Source of the DNA: Eledone cirrhosa
Lineage: Eukaryota
DNA length: 64,000 bases
Direction of reading: 5' to 3'
Assembly: GCA_964016885.1 (NCBI GenBank)
Contig: OZ024741.1
Location: forward strand, 238,328,001-238,392,000
Part shown: in pieces, positions 14,118 through 24,225 of the stretch
How positions within the stretch are numbered: position 1 is the stretch's first letter
Layout of the letters: the number at the start of each line of letters is the position of its first letter
Position numbers and translations under genes: made by a program
Notes under the pieces: generated by a model
Databases searched by the model: none
Seen by the model: the letters and a program-made list of their open reading frames with translations, nothing else
What the model was told of the DNA's origin: nothing

Positions 14118-14390
14118 CATCATCATCATCACCGTTTTACGTCCGTTCTTCCACGCTAGCATGGGTTAGACGGGTTGTCCTGTTGTGTGCAGTGTCTGGT
14201 CAGCTGACCATGCCTTGCTCATACAGGAACTGATCTGGCTTGATTTCTACAGCTGGATGCCCTTCCTAACACCAACCTCATTTACAGTGAGTGCTGGGTG
14301 CTTTTTCGTGGCGCCTACACGTCCACTTTACAGTGTGGGCTGGGTGCTTTTTTGCCGTGGCACCTCCACGACCACCTTGCGGTGAGGTGT
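14118..14390 (-). mobile_element. RTE-tailed SINE copy
   Basis: (CAT)n end on the + strand; body matches the 6.4 and 11 kb copies. Confidence 0.75.
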
Positions 14391-14668
14391 GTGGGGGCAT
14401 ATTGTTTATATGCTTCAGCATGTACCCATGGGAGGTCGGGTACTCTGTATTACTGCGTGACGCCAGAAGTCACGGTCGTGTGTCATTGTATTAAATAAAA
14501 GACAGAAATAGTTGACTTACTTCCCCAACCAACACTAAACACAATTAGGCTTTTCTGCAGTGCAATACATACTACTCCCACCATCAAACCTAGTTATGTC
14601 CCTTTATCATGAGATGCTGCCCACCACTTGTTTCTAAATGAGAAAAATTATTTGGAATGTAATCATTG

Positions 14669-14711
<43 letters not shown>

Positions 14712-14712
<1 letters not shown>

Positions 14713-17690
14713 CATCATCATCATCATTTTACGTCCGCTATTCCCTGCTTGCAAGGGTGGGATGGGTCCTATTCAGCACAGCATCTCTCCACTTGTCACA
14801 GTCCTTTGTCATCTCCTCGGTGAGTTTCAGCGATCTGAGGTCTGCTCTCACCACCGCCGCCCATGTTTTTCGTGGTCTACCTCTACTGCTTCTTCCTTCT
14901 ACTGGGATTTCTTGGAACTTCTTTACCCAGTGGTCATCCTCCATGCGCATCACATGTCCATACCATCTCAGCCTTCCCTCCTGCACACCACAACTTATCC
15001 CTCTTTTACTCAGTTTCTTTCTCAACTCGTCCATGCTTGGTCGTTCACGCACATTGACATTGCACATCCAACGGAGCATACTTGCTTCATTTCTCTCCAG
15101 CTGTCACATATCCTCTGTAGTTGCTGCCCATGTCTCACTACCATGCATCATATAACCGTCCTTTTGTACGCAGGGAGAAGCCCTTCTTTGTCAACAGCGA
15201 TTACTACTGCCAACTTTCCCTGTACATCTACTGCATACGTAGTTTTCCCTACCTGTTAGTTTACCTGCTATCCCACTACATCTCTTATGTACCCAAGATC
15301 TGCATTGCGTACATTTTATGGAATTTATGCCAGTTCCTTTCCTACATATAGAACATGGCCATTTCCCTTATGGAATCAGAGTATTGTCCTCTCTTCTACT
15401 TATCAACACTTTTGTCTTAGCTATGTTCACTCTCAGACCTCTTGATTCCAACTGCTGTTTCCATAGCCAGAATTTATTCTCTAGCTCCTCTACTGATTCT
15501 GCTATAAGAACCAGATCATCAGCATAGAGAAGTTCCCATGGGCATCCAGTCTTAAACTCCTCTGTTATGGCTTGGAGGACTATAATGAACAAGAGTGGGC
15601 TGAGGACCGAACCCTGATGTACACCTACTTGTATTCCTCACAAGCCATTCCTCTACACCTAGTTTCCTTAGGGACCACCAGATGACAGATCGGGGTACCT
15701 ATCAAAAGCCTTCTCTAGGTCAACAAAAGCTAAGTATAGTGGCTTATTCTTCTCTAAGAACCTTTCTTGTAGTTGCCTCACTAAGAAGAGGGCATCTGTT
15801 GTACTTTTCCAAGGCACAAAACCAAACTGCATCTCATCTTATTTGACCCCTTTCTCTAATCAGTTGCACTAATATTCTCTCTGCCACTTTCATAACCTGA
15901 TCCATCAGCTTTATGCCCCTATAATTGCTCCTCTAGAGCATCCCCTTTACCTTTGTAGCAATTTATGAGAATACTGCTGCACCAGTCTTTGGGTATGACT
16001 ACACCATATATAGTTGATTAATAATGTGTGCAACTAGTTTAGTGCCTACTTCTCCTGATGCCTTCAGCATCTCAGCAACTATCCCCGATGGTCCAGCAGC
16101 CTTACCATTCTTCATTTCCTTAATGTACCCTATATTCATCAATCTCAATAGCTGGTCCCTCTGTCGGGTCTACTGGGGGTAATTTCTCTCTCTCCCATTT
16201 GTTCTCGACATTCATCAGTCACTCATAATGACATATCCAGGCCTCCTTTTTTTTTTATCATTCGTGACACTAAGTACACTGGTATCATTCCGGACACACT
16301 TATCTCCAACAACATCCTGATTTGCACTGACACACTGCCTTGCAATGCGGAACACTGCACGTCTCTGATCTTCGCATAGCAGAACATTGGCAAACCTCCT
16401 ACTCTCAGCCTCCCTGCGTGCTAAGTAGACCTGATGTCTAGCTTCTCTCTTAGCAGCTGTGTATCCTTCTCTACTCCCACCATTTTTCCAAGCCTTCGAT
16501 GCCAGTCTTTTGTCTCTAAGGCCCTATCTACCGTGCTGTTCCACCACCAGGTCACTGTCTGGTTGGAGCTCTGCCCCAACCATAATTTCCTTCAGTAGCC
16601 TGCAGTAAGTTGTCACGCAAGAAATCGTCTTCTTTTTCATCATACACATCTTGAAGGGCTTTGCTAAATTTATATTTTAATAAAAGGACTTTTAGCTTCC
16701 AGACCTTTCTTCTCCACACCTTCCTGTATGTCTCATTCTTCCTCTTACTGAGATGTCACTAACAACTAATCTATGCTGTGGGGTACATTCTTCCCCAGGG
16801 TATGCCTTAGTATTTGACAGCATCTGTCTGTCTAACTAGCAGGAAGTCAATCTGGCTTACGTGCTCGCCTGATTTGTAGGTTATTAGGTGGTTGGTAGGC
16901 TTCTGGAAGTTAGTGTTGGTTAGTGCATTTACATCACAAAATTCAAGAAGCCTCACTCCTTCATTTCTTGAGCCATAACCGTGCCCACAATGTACCCCAG
17001 TGTATCCATCCTGGAGCTGTCCAACATGTCCACTGAAGACCCTGCTAGCATAACGATGTTTGTAAAAGTTGCTCGTAAAAGCAGTCTTTCTATTCTTTAC
17101 TTAGGCCTGCCTGGGGAGTATAGGCAGAGATGATTGTCAGTAGTCTCTTGCCTACAACTAATCTAAGCTTAATTATTCTATTACTAATTCTAACTACTTC
17201 TATTGTCTTATTGATCCATCTCTCAGCCAGTAATATGCCCACCCCACCTAACCCATCATCATTACCCACCCAGAAAAGCTTAGAACTATGATGTTTGCCT
17301 GCGATTAGTCTTGCAGAGGCACCTCTCCATCTCACCTCTTGCACACAGCACACATCCACATGCCTTCTCTCCAGCATCTCCGCTATCTCACCAGATCTAC
17401 ATTAAGTGTGGCAACTCTGAGATGCAACGTCTCATTCTTTTTCCTGTTATGCGATTGCCTGATGACGGTCATGGGGTTCTCACACATGGTCTCACTAGTC
17501 ACCCCACTACCGTGCGCAGCCCTAACATGGTTAGTGTTATTGCTGTTTACGCAGTTGTTTTTGTGCGATTGCTTGATGACGGTCGAGGGTGTTCTCGCAC
17601 ATGGCTGCACCAGTCACCCCACTACCGTGCGCAGCCCTAACATGGTTAGTGTTATTGCTGTTGACGCAATTGTTGCAAATTTCATTCATT
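14712..17690 (-). mobile_element. Near-full-length decayed RTE-clade LINE (APE endonuclease plus RT)
   Basis: LRVATLNV and DVCCVQEVRW (endonuclease), ELLYADDLVL (RT), LRWYGHVMR...RGRPRKTW (C-terminus); (GAT)n tail next to (TA)n; many frameshifts and deletions. Confidence 0.93.
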
Positions 17691-17940
17691 GCGCTCATAG
17701 ATTTTGGCAGTAGTATATATACTGGTTGGATGCCCTTCCTAACACCACCACCACTTTACAGCATGGACTGGGTGCTTTTATTCATGCCACCAGCGCTAGA
17801 GAGGTTGTCTTACTGGACTCAGGGGCCCTCTTTACCCCTCCATTTTATAGCATGGACTGGGTGCTTTTATTTGTGCCACCAGCACCAGAGAGGTCATCTT
17901 ACTGGACTTAGAGGCCCTATCCATCCCTCAATTTTACAGC

Positions 17941-17944
<4 letters not shown>

Positions 17945-18015
<71 letters not shown>
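17945..18015. repeat. (TA)n microsatellite
   Basis: Directly visible. Others lie at ~1720-1765, 14669-14710, 33014-33069, 33435-33486 and 41282-41310, and an imperfect (GT)n at ~29140-29230. Confidence 0.95.
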
Positions 18016-18019
<4 letters not shown>

Positions 18020-18404
18020 TGATATATGTAAACTTGGTTGTGATAGCTAAGTGGATAAAATTGTGTTATAGCTCTTTGGTTGTGAGGTTTTAGTTAATTG
18101 CACATTTTGGACATATTGCTGTCATAGACATGACAAAGAAAGTAAGATATGGAAGATGATTCTTTTAAATATATATTGGCTCAAAAGGTTAGGTTTAGCC
18201 TAGTTTCTGCATCAAATATCATATGTAAGTGTGTATATAATATATTCACTGAGAGAATATGAGAATAATTTTTTGTCAGATGCCTGTCAATGTTCTTGAA
18301 ATTTCAATCTGAACCATTTATTTAAACCATGGGGATAGATTGTTCTAATTCCTGTGTCCATGCTTGTTTGTTCTGTTTAAATTAGAGAACAAAACATTCA
18401 CACC

Positions 18405-18552
18405 AAGCATAGGCAACCTTTTACGAGCAGTGGGCTGCATGAGATATGGCTCATCATAAGGTGGACCACATGACTAAAAAACAGTTCAAGGTAATTTCTA
18501 ATTAGAAAGCCAAATGGGCCACATGCAACCAAAAGGCTGCAGTTTACACCTG
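18405..18552. mobile_element. Possible decayed hAT-type MITE
   Basis: GGCAACCTTTT...GGGCTGCATG and GGGCCACATGC...GGCTGCAGTTT resemble hAT MITE subterminal motifs; TIRs are poor. Confidence 0.3.
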
Positions 18553-19299
18553 ATTTATTATACACAAACCAAAGGATTAACTCACAACCTGCAGGTAGAC
18601 AAGTACACTTAACACTTAAATGGTTATACTGACTATATTGTCTTATAGGACAATAACATAGTCAGTGTCTTGTTGATATGTGAGAGAGTAAAAGGTTTGT
18701 TACAGAAAGTTAATTTATTTGTGTTGCAGAACTTAGATATATTTATCTTCTTAAACTAGGCTAAAGTACTTATGTACTGTGGATTTAAGCTGTATATTTC
18801 CTTAAAAAAAAAGAAAACTAATTTCTCTATACTCTCTTTTAAAGAAAGTTTTCATTAAGATATTGTGAAACGTTTTCTTCTATTTGTTACTCAATCCTTG
18901 TTGAATCTTAGGTTGAGTTTGTTTCAATGTTTGGAAATTTGCAACGGTTACTTAGCCAATTAATAAATTATTCCATTGATGATGATTGTGAAATTACAAC
19001 TAGATCTTACTATCCCTTTCTATCCCATATATGTTTATTACATTACAAGCATTTTAACTGCTATATATATATGTGTATATATATATTATATATAGATATA
19101 TAGTGTTTCAATATGAACATACACTGCATATACTCACATCTTTCCCATGAAAATACAAAAAAAACAGCATGGAAATCAAAATATATCATCATTTGTAAAT
19201 GTATGTAATATGGAGGTATAACTTTTCTACATGGGCACAACCTACAGAATATATATTAAACCACACCACAGTCCCTACCTTGCTTTCTTTCCTCCATCT

Positions 19300-20140
19300 A
19301 CACCTGCTCCACTTTGGTAGGTTACATCCTCTCCTTCCCAACTGGACTAGTTCCACCAGGGAGTTGGATGAAGCTTTACTACTGTGGAGAGAGCTGGGTT
19401 TGTCAGTCTCAGTTACTGATGAGGATAGACGGAAGCAGAGAGTATGGGACAATCTGCGTTTGAGGGGAAACTTCCAACTTTCTCTTTGATCTTTCCGATA
19501 AATTTTCTAGGTGCCGTTTACTTCTGCTAGCACAAAGTTCTCAGAGGACTGGATTGATGCCCTGCTTTTGGCCAACATTAGTGGCCTTCTCAGTCAGGGT
19601 AAACTCCGCATCTCCATTGCACTTTGTGTGGGAGCTGACGTCCGAGATGCCACTGTGGTAGGTCCCTTGACTCCACAGGTTTACATGGTTTATCCTGCTG
19701 CCTGAATGCTGGTCATTTATCCCATCACACCAAGCTAAACCTGACCATCAAACAGGCCATGGCTTGGGTTATTATCCCCACAGTTCTGGTTTATCCAGAA
19801 GTGATGGGGAGAGACCAGATGGTGAGAGGTAGGTGTCTCATCTGGGACATCAGTCATGGACGTCACAGTGAATGTTAGGGCCACTGCTTCTGCTGCCGAA
19901 CAGAATAAAATTCGGAAATACCAGGATTTATCAAACAATTATTTTTTCCAGCCTGTAGCATTCAAGATGTTCAGTGGAGTTGGACCGCTGACGGCAAAGT
20001 TTTTGTCTTCAATGGTGGCTCGCCTTACTTAGTTGTCAGGTGATGCCAGTGAGGGTGCCTGGTTATTTCAGCACCTTAGCCTCGCCATTTCCCATGGTAA
20101 TGCTGCAAGCGTGTTGGCTTGCCTGAAAGTGTGCAGTTAA
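19300..20140 (+). mobile_element. Decayed CRE-like non-LTR retrotransposon, restriction-like endonuclease C-terminus
   Basis: DWIDAL...LRISIALCVGA, RPDG..GRCLIWD, AEQNKIRKYQDLSNNYFFQPVAF and WLFQHLSLAISHGNAASVL read across frames. Confidence 0.7.
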
Positions 20141-20427
20141 CCCCCAAGGTGTGAGGTGTTGCAGATTGTCACACTTGGTCGTGAATTGCTCCCTCTCTTT
20201 TTTTCCTTCTTTTTTCTTTGCTTTATCATTTTTGTTCATGATTTATATTATTGTGTTATTATACATGGTTTAGACATATTTGTCCTTCTGCGCGAATTGT
20301 GAGCAATTTTTGGTGTTATTTATGCATTTGTTATGTTATTTATGTATATATTTAAAACATATTTGCAACGTTATTCTACTGTAAATTTATACAACTGTAA
20401 TAAAAGTTATAACTTAGAAAGACTTAC

Positions 20428-20545
20428 CGGCATTGTTTAATCCATTGTTGTTGTAATATGTCTAGAAACATGTATTCTTGTGTCATTGTAGCAGTAGTAG
20501 TAGTGTATATTGCTGGACCAGAGTTGTGAGAGTCAGATAGTGGGA
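20428..20545 (-). promoter_or_regulatory. First-exon/promoter module, orphan copy 3 (~600 bp past the gene A stop)
   Basis: Donor CCG|GTAAGT; CATTGTTTAATCC as in other copies; TGTAGCAGTAGTAGT; TTGTGAGAGTCAGATAGTGGG. Confidence 0.65.
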
Positions 20546-21134
20546 TTGAGTATATATTTATAGACGTATGGCTAATCATATTCAGATGTCTTCTAAACGT
20601 TTTCCTTCTCCCTTATTTAAAACTATATTTTAAATTTATTAAAGTGTTTTCCTTTTAATTTACTTTGAAGATATTTGTTATTCAAAATTTCTATTGAAAT
20701 GTTATCACTGTAAAAAAAAAAAGTAGCTGAGTTCCTTAAAGCAAAAGATAAACTGCTGGAATAGTATGTCTTTGAATCAGTTTCAGTTCAAAGTTATAAT
20801 CATTTCAGTATAATTGGAAAAAGCAACTAAATTATCTCTTTTTTTGTTAAGTCATTGATTATTATAAATATTAATTTTAGAAATGATTATTTATATGAAA
20901 TATATATTAATAAATGACAAAACAAATATTAAAAAAAATCAACTGAAGTTATAAGCCGGTATGAATATTAGATTAACTGCTATTTAGATTGTATATCAAC
21001 TATTGAAAATAACATATACAAATCTTTGTCGTTACTGAACTGAATATTGCAAGTGGAAATTATCAAATTATTGGTAGGATTTTGTGATTATTTGTGTTGT
21101 TCTCAAGAAGTAAACATAGTGTATTGGTTGTCCA

Positions 21135-21214
21135 CTATACAGGTTCTAGATAGGTTTCTTGTTCTTGGCTATGTTTTGGTGTTGGAGGTATGTTTGGTCG
21201 GTAGTTACTGTATT
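21135..21214 (-). CDS. PCDH: Protocadherin A, last coding exon (EYSNYRPNIPPTPKHSQEQETYLEPV*); spliced protein 879 aa
   Basis: TTTTACAG|AA acceptor matches the phase-1 donor; TAG at 21135-21137; conserved in all five units. Confidence 0.88.
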
Positions 21215-21847
21215 CTGTAAAAGATAAAAAAAACATAGTTTACTGTGATGTTTTCTAACAAGATGTATATTTCTTGTAAAGTTATTTACTAACTTTTTAT
21301 AAAGATACTAGTAGAAATACAACTTTCCAGGCAACTTCTTGCTGGTTTATTTTTGTGTGTGTGCATTTTGTGATGTATAGAAATGTATGAAAAGGGAAAA
21401 CTACATTTTTGGTATGTCTCGTGGTTTATTTAATATGATGGTGTATATCTTCTTCAAAATAGTAACCCCAACTTAACTAAGCAAAGAAGGGATATGAATA
21501 AATAAAAGCATGATAGAAACAGCGTAGCACCGCACCTCTAAAGAGATTCTAAATGAAATTATATTTTTATTGACACTCGAATACTATATAGTCACTATTC
21601 TAGGAAGATGTGGTGTAGCAAATCACTTATAGATATAAAAAAGGGTAAAATTTCTTTCATAATGTGTGAACAATACAAATTTGCAACAACATATCTAATT
21701 TTGGAGTATTTACATTAATACTAAAGTACGATACTTATATTTGCTATCATTTTTGTCAGCATGAATATACTTTGTGTGTTATATTTATCGTGTTTGCCTT
21801 TTCTTCAATTTAACCACAACAAACAAACTTCACTTTATATATATATA

Positions 21848-22705
21848 CAGGGTGCGGACAGTTCGCAATTTTCAACTGCTAATTTTATGCAAATTTTACT
21901 TCCATTGTCACTCTTGTCATAAAAACAGTGACTATATTTCCATTATTTATTTTCAGAATAATTGATTATGAATAATTTTGAACCTCCAAATTTGTGGAAG
22001 AGACACAGAGTTCTTCTTGGAATCCGCGCCGGGAGGACAAATAAGACCAGAAGATCAACTCCCAGAACAACAGGTGGCGAGGCTGTCTCATCCAAAGACG
22101 TGTCCAGAGTCATGCAGACAAAGTTTCCAGCGACAACATTGGTCTTAGGTGTCGTCATGCCACCTCACTTCTTCTCTGAGGGCCTCAAGCTGAACACCGA
22201 TGGCTACCTCTGCATTCTGAGCGAGGTAGTAAAGCCCTGGATCGACCAGCTGCAGGTAGGCCATAAGTGTGGCAGCAAGACTCAGCGCCCTGCCATACCA
22301 GTTGAAAGACCCAAGCCTGGCTGTCAGAGAACTTCGTCGACCACACTTCACCTGACATCTGGCCTCCCAGCTCGCCTGACTGCAACCCCCTCGACTTCTT
22401 TGTGTGGGGCGCAGTGGAACGAGACACCAACAGATCTAGCTGCAATACAAAAGATGATCTGAAGGCCAGGATCACAAGTGCCTTTAGGGGCCTAAGTCGG
22501 GGTACAGTGACGAAGGCCTGTAGCCGGTTTCGAGGCCGCCTTGAGGCCGTCATCAAAGCCAATGGCGGGTTTATCGAGTGAGATCGAAAGAACAAGTCAT
22601 GAAGACAAACTGACCCAAGTTTGATAAATATATCTTAAAAAATAAAACTAGTGTGTTATTTTTTCCTAGACAGTAATCTTGCAAACAGATATTGTCCACA
22701 CCCTG
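21848..22705 (+). mobile_element. Internally deleted Tc1/mariner element of DD37D (maT) type, in the last intron of gene A
   Basis: TIRs CAGGGTG(C/T)GGACA flanked by TA; WQQDSAPCH...WPPSSPDCNPLDFFVWG with 37 codons between the catalytic aspartates (one is a stop). Confidence 0.88.
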
Positions 22706-23216
22706 TATATATATATAATGTGAGTAATATTAAATATTATCCAATAACAAGTATATCACAGAGTCGAAATACTTTATAAATAACAAAGAGTGTTTAAAAT
22801 ATTTACAATCGTTTCATCCTAGCTCAAGGCTGGATTCATCGGAGTATATAATATATATATATATGTTGGTGGCTGAGTCGTGTATTGCTTATAAAAGTGA
22901 ACATAATGTTTTGATTACAACAGTAATTTGAACTCACACTAATGAGATTTGATTTCTCAGATCAATTTAATACTGTCTGATATATCAGAAATCTGTGCTG
23001 ACACTTGCACAAAATTTCACATTATTATTATAGATTTTTGTTTCACAGAAGCAAAATAGCTTTGTTATTTAGCTAAATAAAAAAAATTCATTTATATAGT
23101 TTATTTATTTTATAGTTTATATTAAAAAAAATAGTATAAATCAACATTTGAATTGGATTTTTGAAATGGGTTTTGATTCTTTCCAGTTTGAATATTCTGA
23201 ATTATTGTGTCATTAC

Positions 23217-23376
23217 CTGATGCTCCACATTTCTGATGTGTAATATCTCCTTCACTCCACCCACGGTTCCGTTCTTTCAAAGAAGGTAGTGTATCATTCA
23301 GGTTGTTTGATGTCACAGTACTAGTATTATAACATTTTTGTTCAGCTGAACTCTCTGCTGCATCTTTATTGTAATG
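23217..23376 (-). CDS. PCDH: Protocadherin A, cytoplasmic exon 2 (160 nt, HYNKDAAESS...RNRGWSEGDITHQKCGAS)
   Basis: GACAG|CAT acceptor and CAG|GTAATG donor; in frame with the large exon; homologous exon found in all five units. Confidence 0.88.
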
Positions 23377-24225
23377 CTGTCAGATAACAAAAGTTACTTT
23401 CAGTATGTTATACAAAGCATTTACACATTAATTTGATGATCAAAACAAAAATATATTCTCATACAACTATAAGTAACATGGACTGATCAAACACAGCATA
23501 GAGTGCCTTTATTATTATTATAATTTTACATATGTTTTTCCATATTTGTATTGGTTAGACAGGATTTTCTCCAGTACAGTATCTCACTACTTATTGGAGT
23601 TCAACATAATCTGCTTTAAGAATTTCAGTACCTGAGATCAGTTTTAACCTATTATTTCTACGTCTTACTTGGTATTCCACTTGGATCTTTTGGCACTTCT
23701 TTACAACTGCCATCATTAATGTGCATCACATGTCTACACCAATTGAACCAGATGTATTAGTGAATTGATTAGTGTCACTTAAGTATGATCTAAAATGTAT
23801 GTGTGTATGTGTATTTTGTAGTAATCTCATATAGAGTAGGTTTATGTTGCATTAATGGAAATCAGTTAATTTAAAATGAAAAAATGACTTTGAACCATTT
23901 TTGATGATGTGAAGAATTGTGTCTAAGGATTGTAATTTTCCTCGGATAGAAGAAATAACTTTGCTCTGAGATTTGTAGTGTACTATTAGTTCTATCAATG
24001 AGAAGAATTTCTAAAATAAAAATAAACAAACATTACTGGAAAAGTATGTAGTTTATAGAGAACTAATGAAAACAAAAAGTAGTAATTAATTTTGTCAACT
24101 ATTGAATATCTAAGGTGAAACAGAAAAAGTGTATCTTTTATAGGTATATCGTTACTCAAAATTGTCAATCTTTAATAACATATGGCTATGTTCTCAATAA
24201 AACTAGTAATAAATGAGTACTTTAC

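Noticed and set aside
14628-15259. Long + strand ORFs of 165-175 aa
   Set aside because: They are antisense to the RTE LINE, and one runs through (TA)n; not genes.
21135-23376. Vertebrate-style shared constant exons for the whole cluster
   Set aside because: Each unit has its own diverged copy of both cytoplasmic exons.
24172-24225. Treating the 795-829 aa ORFs as complete single-exon genes
   Set aside because: Similarity ends exactly at a GT donor, and conserved in-phase downstream exons exist for every unit.
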